Part shown: positions 44,201 to 58,300 of the stretch, in pieces | How positions within the stretch are numbered: position 1 is the stretch's first letter | How the letters are laid out: every line of letters begins with the position of its first letter | From: Octopus sinensis | Taxonomy: Eukaryota | Direction: 5' to 3' | Assembly (NCBI RefSeq): GCF_006345805.1 | Contig: NC_043000.1 | Location: 119,536,001-119,600,000 of the forward strand | DNA length: 64,000 nucleotides | Translations under genes and position numbers: made by a program | The notes under the pieces: generated by a model | The model's input: the letters and a program-made list of their open reading frames with translations, nothing else | Told to the model about the DNA's origin: nothing | Database searches by the model: none

Positions 44201-47200
44201 ATTATAGAGGGACAGAAACAGGAGATACATGGTTATTCCAGCTGGGAAACCGAGAAGATGGTGTTGATGATGTGTTAAGGGTACCCTTATGTTACAGGGG
44301 GGGGGGGGTAAATATAAAAGAAGCAGTACAGGGTAGGGGTGAGTGGGTAACCATTCAAAATAATAATTTTTGTTAATCTTACTTTATTTAAGAGAGTGTT
44401 GTCTAATTCTGTCTTTTCGTTGGCTGCTTTGTTGGTCAACTGAAAAACAAAAAATGAGAGAAAAGAAACAAAACAATTACTGAACATTTCAAAAACTGGA
44501 AAAAGATACAAAATTAAAATGGGTATGGCAAGCTGTTTCCGACAATAGTTTGTGTTTTCATTGAATCATTATCATCATCATGATTATCATTTTAACATTT
44601 AGGAAGGGCATCCAGGTGTAGAAATATTGCCAGATCAGATCGGAGCCTCAGCCAAACTGTCCAACCCATGCCAGTGAGGAAAATGGACGTTAAGTGATGC
44701 TGGCACGTGTTGGGTGGGTTGACAGGAGCTGGTCAGCTAGACAGCTGCACCAGGTCCCAAGTGACTATTTTGGCATGGTTTCTACACCTGGACGCCCTTC
44801 CTAATGCCAACCACTTTACAGAGTGTACTGGCATGGGTTGGACGGTTTGACAGGAGCTGGCCAGGCTCCAATTGTTTGTTGTGGTATAGTTTCTATGGCT
44901 GGATGCCATTCCCAGCACCAACCACTTTACAAAGTGTGCTGGGTGCTTTTTATGTGCCATCAACACGAGTCCACTTATACAGCACTGGCACGAGTGCATT
45001 TTATGTGGCACCAGCACCTATAAAGGGACAAGCCTGTATGTATTGATGACAGCAATTTTACTCAGCTTGACATGTCTTCTCAAGCACAGCAAATTGCCAC
45101 AACTCCCAGTTCCTTGTCATTTCCTCTGTGATATATATATACATATATATATAAAGGCACGTGGTTTAGTGGTTAGGGCATTTGGCTCACAATCATGAGG
45201 TCGGGAGTTCAATTCCTGGAGACATGTGTCTTTGAGCAAGACACTTTATTTTAATGTTGCTCCAGTTCACTCAGCTGGCAAAAATGAGTAGTACCTGTAT
45301 TTCAAGGGGCCAGCCTTTTCATACTGTGTGACACTGAATCTCCTTGAGAGCTACGTTAAGGGTACATGTGTCTGGAGTGCTCAGCCACTTACACATTAAT
45401 TTCACGAACAAGCTGTTCTGTTGATCGTATCAGCTGGGACCCTTGTCATCGTAACCGACGGAGTGCTCCCTTTTTTTATAATATATAATACAGAATAAAG
45501 AAGGATGATGAACTCTACAAAGTACACAAACTGGATGGAATATCTACTTACCCGTAACTTGATGTACTCTAGTAATTTGTGTGTGTCTGAGAAAGTGGTC
45601 AAACTTGTAGAGAGGCAATGTTGCACAACAAAATGGTCATCCTGAAAAGAAAAGCAAGAATCAAAACAAACAAAATCAGTCAGTGCCAATAAATAAGAAA
45701 TTATTATCATTTACTTTGTAAAAAACTGGAACTGATGGAAAAGTCAAACCACTACTGTTGCTCAATGGAATTTAAAATATGAGAAGCCAAGTGGCTGAGA
45801 CCCTTTTAAGTGTTGGGCCTCATGGAAGCAATGACTGAGACCTTTGGCATTATGCTTGAGAAGATCCATGATGCCAGCAAAATTGGAGTTGTGACAGATA
45901 CAGGTGTCACGTAAAAACACCCATTATGCTCTTAAAGTGGTTGGTGTTAAGAAGGGCACCCAGCCATAGGAACCGTGCCATATCAGAATGGTGTCTGGTT
46001 CAGCCTTCCAGCTTGCTGCCCCTGGTCAAACTGTCCAACCCATGCTAAATGATGAGAAAAACAATGCCTCATTCTCTTTTATCAGAATTCATGATGTGGT
46101 CAGCTAAGACATAATTTTATTTGTATCTGTAGCTTGCTTACCAACCACATGGTTTCAGGTTCAGTCCCACTGTGTGGCACCTTGGGCAAGTGTCTACTGC
46201 TATAGCCTTGGGCCAACCAAAGCCTTGTGAATGGATATGGTAGACAGAAGCTGAAAGAAGCCCGTTGTGTGCGTGTGTTTACACCCCGTAACTTAGCGGT
46301 TCGGCGAAAGTGACCAATAGAATAAGTACTAGGCTTACAAAGAATAAGTCCTGGGGTCAATTTGCTCGACTAAAGGCGGTGCTCCAGCATGGCCACAGTC
46401 AAATGACTGAAGCAAGTAAAGAGTATTTTCTCTTAACAACTAGCAGTATCGCCCGGCGTTGCTCGGGTTTGTAAGGGAAATAACTATATAAACATTTTTA
46501 GAGAGTTACTTCCCTTATAGATGCCAATTCGGGCTTTCTTAGCCATTTCTGTTTTGGTGTCTTCAAGCCATGAAGTCGTTCTAAAAGAACGCTGGTCTCC
46601 TTGACAACGCTTTACGACGTTGATTTCCTTACACTCCCTTCCTCACAGCTTCATGAGGGAGGGAAGAAGGGGGAAAAGCAACACAGGTGCAGGTGTGAGC
46701 ATGGACGCCAACTCCGCCGCCATTGACACACGAAAAAATATGCATTAAAATGGAATAAAAAATGTTAAATTATTTTTAAAATCGTAGACTCATCGTAGAC
46801 GCGCGCTAATAGCCAAATGGGCTCGATATGAATCATGACTATAAGATACCCGAATTTGGTTAAACTGCACCGCAAAATGTGGGAGTAGTTAGGAATCTAA
46901 ATCGAAGGGGACAAGCACTCACACAACTACAGTTTTATATATATATAGATTACTATCAATCACCATATTTGATGGTATATCAGATGCACTTTTTGTACTC
47001 CATGAAAAACAATTCGGGTCCTATATCTGGAGTTGCTTTAAATATCACAAGCTTTGATACACTAAAACTCTTCTTTCCTGAATATGACTGCGCATCTTGT
47101 GTCATCACATATAGTAACTGAGATTTGTATATTAGCAGCAGCAGTGCCCCCCACCCCAAAAAAATTATTTAACATCCATTTTCCATGCTGTCATGGGTTG

Positions 47201-49354
47201 GCAAGCCAAAGGACAGCACCAGGCTCTAGCCATCTGTTTTGGCACGAATTCTAAGGCTGGATGCCCTTCCTAATGCCAACCACTTTACAGAGTGTATTGG
47301 GTGCTCTTTGTGAGGCACTGGCAAGGGTGTCTTCCATATGATGCAGGCACAAGTGCTTTTCCCATGGTGCTGGTACAGGTGTTGTTTATGTGGCCCTCAA
47401 AGTCACTAAGTAGTTTGCAAGACAATCTTTGTTGAAGCAATACCTTTCCCTAGCTTAACCCTTTAGCATTCAGATTAATCTGTCAAATGTAAAGCCTGTT
47501 TAATTACATTGTTTTAAATTAATTGTACAGCATTTTGTAACTCTGAGATTTTGATGATGTCCCTGTTTATTTTTAGAATGACTTTGTAGGGTAGGTGTGA
47601 GAGGTCAGAGCTGGCTGGTTTGAGCATAAAACAGGAAGAAAATTTTGGCCTAATATGGCTGGTTTAAACACTAAAAGGTTAAAAATATATATTGTCCCTC
47701 ACCTAAAGAAGAAAAAAGATTATCCTGTGATGCTGTTGAACAAACAGAGGACACAGGATAGAGGGGACGCTCTTGAGGGCACTGCCAAGAGAAAGGCAAC
47801 CTCTTTAATGACATGTCATAAACAGATGGTATGAGGGAGACATGGTCCCTGACTAATCAACAAAGGGAGTAACCATGAAATAATATCTGATTCGCTGTGC
47901 AACAACCAGCCTAACCCCCATGCAAGCATGGAATTAACCATTAGAAAGATGTTGGAGAAACTTTTTTTTTTTACAACTTGATAACTTGAGAAATTTGTGT
48001 GTGTGTCTCTGTGTTAGTCTTCCCACCATCTGAGAGAGAGAGAGAGAGAGCAATTGAGAGTAAGAGAGGGGGTGTTTTCATGGAGTACTTGTTTCTACAG
48101 TAGGATGCCCTTCACTGACCACTCAAGCATGAAAAAAAAAGGAGAGAGAGAAAAAGGATGGATAGAGAGATAGACAATATCTATGTTAGCAGAAGATAAG
48201 AATGAAATCGAATAGAAGGAAGAATTCTGTACTTACTTTAACAAGCTTGAGAAGGAGCCATAGTTTATTCGTTAGTTCTTTTTTATTGTCAACAGTGTCT
48301 TCTCTCCATGGAGACAGCATATATAAAATATGCCTTAAATGAGCTTTGTGGAGAGACTGTAAAAAGAAATGGCATTTAGACATTTTGCTTTGGTATAAAT
48401 ATGGGAACATCTTTACCCTACAAGTATATACTGACACTCAGTTTCTTATTTCTTTACTGCCCACAAGGGGCTACACACAGAGGGTACAAACAAGGACAAA
48501 TGGATTAAGTCGATTATATCGACCCCAGTGCATAACTGGTACTTATTTAATCGGCCCTGAAAGGATGAAAGGCAAAGTTGACCTCGGTGGAATTTGAACT
48601 CCGAATGTAGCAGCAGATGAAATACGGTTAAGCATTTTGCCCGGTGTGCTAACGTTTCTGCCAGTTCACCGCCTGTATGTGTGTGTATTCGTGTGTCTGT
48701 GTAAGTCTCCCCACCATCCGAGTGAGAGAGAGAGAGACAATATATTTCTTTACTACCCACAAGGGGCTAAACACAGAGGGGACAAACAAGGACAGACAAA
48801 CACAGAGGGGACAAACAAGGACAGACAAACCAGTGCGTAACTGGTACTTAATTTATCGACTCCGAAAGGATGAAAGGCAAAGTCGACCTTGGAGGAATTT
48901 GAACTCAGAACGTAACGGCAGACGAAATACCTATTTCTTTACTGCCCACAAGGGGCTACACGCAGAAGTCGATTATATCGACCCCAGTGCATAACTGGTA
49001 CTTATTTAATCGCCCCTGAAAGGATGAAAGGCAAAGTCGACCTTGGTGGAATTTGAACTTAGAATGTAGCGGCAGATGAAATACGGCTAAGCTTTTCGCC
49101 TGGTGTGCTAACGTTTCTGCCATCCACCGCCTGTGTGTGTGTATTTGTGTGTCTGTGTTTCTCTCCCCACCATCCGAGTATGAAACTGGTCAAGAAGCAG
49201 AAATCTAAATAAGACAAATACCATTTACCTGTATGTCAAGGCCATACTGTTCAGCAAAATTCTTGGCTTCTTCAAAGCGCATCTTACGAAGTAAAGTCTG
49301 AAACCTGAAATGCATATGAAAATAATACAAATAATATAAACTCTCTCTTTCTCC

Positions 49355-49399
<45 letters not shown>

Positions 49400-52300
49400 A
49401 GCATGATTTTATAATTTATAACACAAAAGATATGACGATAAAATAGCAATGGTCAACGAACCGCGTTTCTGCATCACTTTCTGTTATGACACGAAATCGC
49501 AAGGATTCAAAACTCTCAGGACTTCTATAAAAAAGACAAAAGAAAAAATAAATAAATAAAATGTGGTTATGTTAGAAAATCTTTTTGGTACTGTTAAGTT
49601 ATTGAATACACAGGTAAAAGGTGCAGTTTATTTCATATTGTAATTACTACAATGTGATCTTGTTACATCCTGTTCTACATTACAAGTAACATTCTAATTG
49701 TCATCACTTAATCTACCTAAAAGCAAATTCCATCCAACCCATGCAAGCATGGAAAAGTGGATGTTAAATGATGATAATATGTTTAGACAAAAACACCTTA
49801 CTTACATCAGATCTGTACAGCCTTCGACAATATTCAAATTCTCCTGCAAATAAATAATTCTAGACATCAGAATTTCGTTTTCAATAGTTTGCTGTTGAGG
49901 AATCATTTTATAGTTAAGTAAGGCCTTCATCTAGTGATGGATACCTCTTCTGCCACGTTGCTGGTTACGATGATCAGGATTCCAGTTGATCTGATCAATG
50001 GAAGAGCCTGCTCGTGAAATTAATGTGGAACTGACCGAGTAATCCACAAATTATTGATTGTGGATACCTGTACATGACTTAACACAATATGAACTGTTAC
50101 GCTCCAGCATGAATCATCAAAACATAATCTGACCCAGAACCAAAGTTGATTACTGACTCAGGTAAAAGAAGTTCTTAGGTGAGGCTGAGTACCTGAACAA
50201 ACAGCTTCCTGTCACATTCCTCAAATCAGAGGATGTCTATACTTTGTTTTTGCTCTTTTAAGCAAATTCTTTTTAATATAAAGTGAGACCAGTTAATGAC
50301 TTTATTAAAGGACCTGGGATAGATGTTGTAAACAAGACACAAATATTAGCCATTTTGGCTTATAATCTGATGCCTTCATCATTATTAGTTAACCATTTCT
50401 AAATGGTGGTACAAATATATCATGATGATGATATAATTCTAAATTTTGGCACAAGACCAGGGGAAGGGGCTAGGTGATTATATTGACCCCAGTGCTCAAC
50501 TGGTACTTACTTTATTAACCCTGAAAGAATGAAAGGCGAAGTTGGCCCTAGCAGGTTTTTAACTCAAAATGTAAAGATGGATGAAATCCTGCTAAGAACT
50601 TTAACGATTCTACCAGCTTGCATGTTAATGATTCAGTGTTGCATGGTAACGATCTTACCAGCTTGCCACCCTTGGCACAGATATTATAATGATGAATCTA
50701 CCTGAGCATCTAGCATTTATTTCATCCAAGGACGGTACACCCTGCCACATTTTCACTACAGTCCTCTCTCTTTTCCAACAGATGAAACCACATATCTCTT
50801 CTAAAAGCAACACATCTGTTCTAGTCCCCTCTATAATGCTTTAACCATTCATCACCCGGCACAAAGCCAACGCCCTCAATAGCAACACCTCTTGTTTGAA
50901 GGGTTTTGTCGTGCAAGTTAACTGACAACCTCACTAGTGGTGAGGGCATATAAAAACCACCTAGTACCCTCTGTAAAGTGGTTGGCATTTTTGTCAAAAA
51001 AAGCCTTATTTATAATAGTATTAACATATGGAATAATATTTTATCATGAAAGCTAAACAACATAGGAACAGGAGTGGCTGTGTGGTAAGTCGCTTGCTTA
51101 CCAACCATATGGTTCTGGGTTCATTCCCACAGTGTAGCACCTTGGGCAAGTGTCTTTTACTATAGCCTCAGGCCGACCAAAGCCTTGCGAATGGATTTGG
51201 TAGGTGGAAACTGAAAGAAGCCTATCGTATACATGTATGTGCGTGTATATGTTTGTCCCCCCAATATCGTTTGACAACCGATGCTGGTATGTGTACATCC
51301 CTGTAACTTAGTGGTTCAGCAAAAGAACCTATAGAATAAGTACTAGGCTTACAAAGAATAAGTCCTGGGGTCGATTTGCTCAACAAAGGGCGGTGCTCCA
51401 GCATGACTGAAACAAGTAAAAGAGTAACATTTTTTTCACTGTCAAATTTCAAAAAATCCTTAAAAACCCAGCTTCTGCTGAACCAAACTCATCTATAAAC
51501 CTTATTTTATAGACCCACAATATTTATAACATTTGTAATATTTCATATTTCCAGACTTTTTACTTTTTATATACGTTTTTGACCAGCTTGCTTGCATGCA
51601 AAGGAAGTTTCTTTTTTATAATTATTGACTTATTTATTTAAAAAATTTTTGAACTCCAACCAACTTGCCCAAATTCATCCAAGCTGCCAAAGGGCTTAAT
51701 CCGATATTTTATGCAATTTCACGTTAGCACCTCTTAAAAAAGAAGACAATTAAAATTAGAGAAAGAAGCTACCTGGGTAGGATTTGATTGAGTGAGCTCA
51801 ACGACTGCACCTAGTTTTAATTGGTAGATACATTCAAAATCAGGCAGCTGTCGTACTTCTAGAAACGTTTCCCCGGGTTTCTCTTTCTTCAGTATAACAA
51901 GTCGAATATTTTTGAGGCTAAAAACAGATTAAAACAACAGCATTGAGGAGGGGGATTATATCTAGAATGATTAATATGCATTTGATTTTAGTAGCTGAAT
52001 AACAATTTAAACATTTAAAAAAAATTCCTAACGGCAACCATTCCGAGAGTGTAGTGGGTGCTTTTACGTGCCAGTTTGGTGGTACTGGCAACGGCCACGC
52101 CCACGCCCACGCCCAAATGGTGCTTTCTACGTGCCACATCACATGCACAGGAGCCAGTCCAGTGGCACTGGTAACGACCTCGCTCAAATATTTCACATGC
52201 CACCAGCACAAGTGCTAGTAAGGCTACGCGGTAACGATCACGCTCGAATGGTCTGCTTAACATGCCATCGGCACGAAGGCCAGCTTGTTGCTTTGGCAAC

Positions 52301-55300
52301 AATCTCTCATGTTCAAATTAGGCAGATCCAGCCTTTCACCTTTACCCTACAATGTCATTCTGAAAATAAACAGCCACGTCCTCAAAATCCAAAGCTGCAA
52401 GATTAATTCACTCGCGGAGTGGTTGGCGTTAGGAAGGGCATCCAGCTGTAGAAACTCTGCCAGATCAGACTGGAGCCTGGTGCAGCCCCTAGCTTCCCAG
52501 ACCCCGGTCGAACCGTCCAACCCGTGCTAGTGCGGAAAACGGACGTTAAACAATGATGATGATGATAAATAAATAAGCATAACATATGACAGAGCAATGG
52601 GAATGCTAACGAGTTGAATGAATTAGTTTACCTTGAGCTTGATAAAGTACTTGTATCAAGAATGTTGAATCCTTTCACAGCCAAGTTTGAGAAAGTTTCT
52701 AAAAGAATCAAAGAAGTGGCATCCCACAGGCTCAGAGTTTCCTACAGACAGACAAAAGGAAAGATAAAAACAGAGGAAATAACAGAGGAAAAAAACTTAG
52801 TTAAAGAAAAAGAAATCCCTTGTCACATAGCAGTTCACCCACCGTCGTTTATCATTTAAGCTTACGTTGATTCCTCCATGGGGTTGTTTTTGCATTTATA
52901 ATAAAATAAATATAAAAAATTTATAAAATATATACAGTATTATTATAGGCACAGGAGTGGCTGTGTGGTAAGTAGCTTGCTTACCAACCACATAGTTCTG
53001 GGTTCAGTCCCACTGCATGGCACCTTGGGCAAGTGTCTTCTCCTATAGCCTCGAGCCGACCAAAGCCTTGTGAGTGGATTTGGTAGATGGAAACTGAAAG
53101 AAGCCCATCGTATATATGTATGTATATCATCATCATTTAGCGTCATATATATGTGTGTGTGTTTGTCCTCCCAACACTGCTTGTGTGCTTACGTCCACGT
53201 AACCTAGCGGCTTGGCAAAAGATGCCAATAGAATAAGTACTAGGCTTACAAAGAATAAGTCCTGGGCTCGATTTGCTTGACTAAAGACGGTGCTTCAGCA
53301 TGGCCGCAGTCAAATGTCTGAAACAAGTAAAAGAGTACAGAACTGTTTCTGCTTTGCAGATTTTCACCTATCCAGGTGAGGTTTTGGAACATAACACCCG
53401 TGATAGTCAAGAGATTAATGTACACATTTCACCCACTACTACCTCATCCTCCCCTTCCTCTTCAACTAATAACGTGGAAGCATTACGGATGGGCTAAGTA
53501 ACGCAGTAACAAGCAGAATTATTATAAGATAATATTAATAATAGACAAAGTGCAGTCAGTTCCACAGTTATACAATTTGTTTTGTAACAACATGGTTTTG
53601 GGTTCCATCCCATTAAGTAGCACCTTGGGCATGGATCTTTTTATAAGCCCTAGGCTGACTGCTATTTAGTGATGTTTGATAGACAGAAATTGAACAGAAG
53701 GCGGCGAGCTGGCAGAAACGTTAGTATGCCGAGCGAAATGCTTAGCGGTATTTCGTCTGCCATTATGTTCTGAGTTCAGATTCCACCGAGGTCAACTTTG
53801 CCTTTCGTCCTTTCGGGGGTCAATAAATTAAGTACCAGATATGCACTGGGGTCGATGTAATCGACATAATCTGTTTGTCCCCTCTGTGTTTAGCCCCTTG
53901 TGGGTAGTAAAGAAATAGGTATTTCGTCTGCCGTTACGTTCTGAGTTCAAATTCCGCCAAGGTCAACTCTGCCTTTCATACTTTTGGGGTCAATAAATTA
54001 AGTACCAGTTATGCACTGGGGTTGATGTAATCGACTTAATCCGTTTGTCTGTCCTTGTTTGTCACCTCTATGTTTAGCCCCTTGTGGGCAATGAAGAAAT
54101 AAGAAACTGAAGGAAGCCAGTTATATATGTAGTATGTGAGTGTTTACATAAACAATATGTCCCTAGCTCAGTGATTTTGGCAACAGGAAGAGCACTCGGC
54201 CACAAAATACTGTCGCAATAAGCATTGTCTACCCTCTGGCAGCAAGGCGAAAAGAAAACATGTAAAATTGATGAGGGTGTATCGATTACCTGTTGAGTTT
54301 CTTGTAAGTCAGTGGTTCCCAAAATTTTTTGGGCTCCCTGCCCCTGACACCTTCCTAGTGCCCCCACTCCAACCAACCAACAAACCACCACAAACAGACA
54401 TCTTTCTGAAGTAAATTCAAAGCCACTGTATTTCACAAATAAAACTTAACCTAATGAACCCATTATTTTGTGGGTCTTGCACGAATATCTACCCCATTAT
54501 CGCCCCACTTTTCTTTAATGCCCTCTTGGAACCCCCCACCCCCACCCAGGGGAGCAATACCGCTCACTTAGGGAAGCACTGCTATAAGTCTATGAGTCCT
54601 TTTATTCTCATAGCTTCTTTCCTTGAATTGCTGCTCTATGGAACCCCTTATCATTGTTCTGTTTTCCTCTGGTCTATGATATTCAGTTCATCAACCCTTT
54701 AGTATTCAAACTAGCCGGATCTGGATCTGGCCAGAATATTCTAACTGTTTTATGTTCAAACCAGCCAAATGCAGCCTCTCACACCTGTCCTTCAAATGTC
54801 CCAAAAATAAGGATTCACATTATGAAAATCTTGAAGCTACAAAATACTTCTCGATCAATTCAAAACAATGTGAATAAATAAGAATTACATTTGACAGAGT
54901 GATCTGAATGCTAAATGGACAAGATTTCTGTCAATCAATGTCTTTTAACCCTTTAGCATTTAAACCGGCCAAAAGTATTCTGCCTGTTTTATGTTCAAAC
55001 TGGCCAGATCTGGTCTCTCACACAAGCCCTACAATACCTATTTCTTTACTACCCACAAGGGGCTAAACAAGGACAGATAAATGGATTAAGTCGATTACAT
55101 CGACCCCAGTGCGTAACTGGTCCTTAATTTATCGACCCCAAAAGGATGAAAGGCAAAGTTGACTTCGGTGGAATTTGAACTCAGAACGTAACGGCAGACG
55201 AAATACCGCTAAGCATTTCGCCCAGCGTGCTAAGGTTTCTGCCAGCTCACCAACCCTACAATATCGTTTTAAAAATTAACAGCTACCTCATCAAAATCTC

Positions 55301-58300
55301 ATAGCTACAAGATAATGCCTGATTAGTTCAAAACAATGTGGATAAAAAAGGATTCATTTTGACAGAATTATGCGAACACTAAAGGGTTAAATGTACAGGT
55401 CCCTTCATTTCCTTTGATGTACTCCCTTATGCTTCAGTGACCTCAAGCTTGCTTTGGGACAAAATCATACAGAGAGAGAGAGAGAGAGAAAAAAGAAAAA
55501 TTGTCAAACCACAGACTACTCACATTTTTATCAAGAACGAAGAGATATTTCCCATTCAACGTTGTCTGAATAGACTTAATACCAACATCTACAAAAAAAA
55601 GGAATACAGAATTCTTGATCAGGTGAAGTGAAGACATTAACAAGATGTCTAATATGCAAAGAATTTTTATGGCAGAGTAATGACTATCTAACAAAAGAAT
55701 GTTGGAATGGGAATATTGCTGCTGCCTAAATTATGGCCTGCAATCTGGTACTGGTCCAGAACATACACACACAAAACCCAACCCTTTTGGGCTTCAAGAA
55801 AAGAGAATAATTGTCCTGTCATATATGGAATCATTAAAAAATGCTGTAGGTGTCTGAAATAGAGTTTATTCAGTTGTAATTGAGAAGCTTGCTTCCTAAC
55901 CACGTGGTCTTGGGTTCAATCCCATTGTACAGCACCTTGGGGAAGTGTTTTCTACTGTAGCCTTGAGACTAGATTTGGTAGATGGAAACTGAAAGAAGCT
56001 TGTTGCACCATGTGTGTGAGTGCATGTAGTGGTTAAGAGCGCGGGCTACGAACCCCAAGATTCCGAGTTTGATTTCAGGCAGTGAGCTGATTAATAATAA
56101 TAACAACATCGAAAAATACCTTAGGAATGAGAACCCAGGTTCAAAATTTCCCCAGGACACCTGATGAAGGCCGGAGGGTATATCAGCCGAAATGTTATGT
56201 TAACAAACAAGATGAAGACAAATATCCGTCAAATGTAAATAATCCACATACATGTTTGACAGATTTCTTTCAGTTTCTGTCTTCCAAATCCACTCACAAA
56301 TCTTTGGTTGCTCAAGTTGCCTCACAGTAGGACTGAACCTAGAACCATGTGATTAGGAAGTAAGCATTTTACCACACTACCATTCCTGCACCATCACATC
56401 CAGTTATAAAACCATGACATGCATAGCAACAAAGATAAGTGAATTTTCTGTCTCGTTGCATGTGTCAGATCATGAAAGAAGGTGAGAGGAGGCAAGATGC
56501 TGTGCGATCCATGCAACTCCTAGAAACAGGGGTAAACACCAACGTGTAGTAAAATGTTGAAGACAATCATCATCATTTAACGTCCGTTTTTCATGCTAGC
56601 ATGGGTTGGATGGTTCGACCGGGGTCTGGTAAGCCATGGAGGCTGCACCAGACTCCAGTCTGATTTGGCAGTGTTTCTACAGCTGGATGCCCTTCCTAAC
56701 ACCAACCACTCCGTGAGTGTAGTGGGTGCTTTTTACGTGCCACTGGCACAGGAGCTAGAGCAGGCTGGCAAATGGCCACGATCGGTTGGTTCTTTTATGT
56801 GTCACCGACACGGACGCCAGTCAGGCGACGCTAGTAACTGCCATGCTCGAATGGTGCTTTTACGTTTCACCAGCATGGGTGTCTTAACTACAATTACCAT
56901 TCGACTGTATTATTTAATTGGAACAAAAAAGCTAAGAAGTAACTAACTGTTTAGCAGTGCATTTTCCACTTCGTCAGTTATTTTCAATTTGTCGTCTTTC
57001 CAAATCCATCTGGCTAAAACAGTTGTACCATTGCCCTAAAGGAAAGAGAAAGTGAAACATAATTCAACAAGGCAAAAACTGGAATTAGAAATGTTTCTGA
57101 AAATAGTGTGTGCACACATGGGTATGTGCAGATTGACATTTCACAACCTTCTCTCAGCTCATTTGTTTATTTGCTTTACATCTGTTATTCTATGCTAGCA
57201 TGGATTAAATCAGTGGTACTCAGCAGTAAAAATAAATTTTCAACCAAAACTTAATTTTCAAGTTGGAGAAATCACCATTGTTTGCAAACAGGAGTTAAGT
57301 CTCCATTTAGTGACGAGCAAGTTTTTGTTAAGACTTTTGTTGTTTTTTTTTCCATCGAGGAAAAAAGTGGTTTGTTGATATACGGGCAACACAGACACGA
57401 ACATGTATGTGTACAAAAGACATGCAATAGGTGTATGTACGAACGTGTATATCTTGCCCATATATATATATAAACCAATTTCAACGAATTTTGCCCAAAT
57501 TTGACGTTGATGCTACTTAGTTTGGTTTGAAATAAAGAACTGGATTAGCTTAATAATCCTAACTTAATCCCAGAGAAAACTGGGTTATACTGCTAGTGTG
57601 CAATAAATTGTTCATACTTCTACAATATAAAAAAATGTCAATTTTTTTTTATACAGGTCCTAATAATATTTATGTATAAGAATATAATGGGAATTCTTTT
57701 CAAAACATCAAATGGCTATGAGGGTCCACCTTAGTAAATTAGGGATCAAAGGGGTGTACAGGTGAAAAATGGTTGAGAACCACTGGATTTGAGGAGTAAA
57801 TACTGCTGAGGAATTGTTTTTGCAAAATAGATTAAACAAATCATAAAATTGCCTTCAAAAGTTGGGTAGTGCTAAATCCATCAGATGTCACAGTGAAAGG
57901 TTTCAGAAATTTTATCTTAACCAAAGCCTTCAGCTGACTATATCCCCTTAAAATACCCTAGTGAAAGATCATTTTTGTTACCAGTAGGGATGGCTTACAA
58001 CGTATAGATTCTGAAGATGTCTCTACTATAGAAAATATGCCACGTCTCATCTTCAACATCATTTTAATATCTACTTTTCCAAGGATGGAATCTGTTGAGA
58101 AAGAATTTAAGTGATTGGATGCCCTTCCTGTAGATGACCCCCTCACCTGTTTCCAAGTAAGATAATATTTCCTCCATAGTGCTGCTCTAGTGGCTCCCAT
58201 GCCACTGGAATGTAAAAAGCACCATTTAAGCATGGTTCATGCTAGTACCACCTGATTGGCCCTCGTGCTAGTGGCATGTAATAGGCGCCCACTACACTCT

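Noticed and set aside
56026-56085. Genuine tRNA-Arg gene
   Set aside because: No acceptor stem, imperfect T-arm, and it is part of a repeated element. The same applies to the heads of SINE families A and D.
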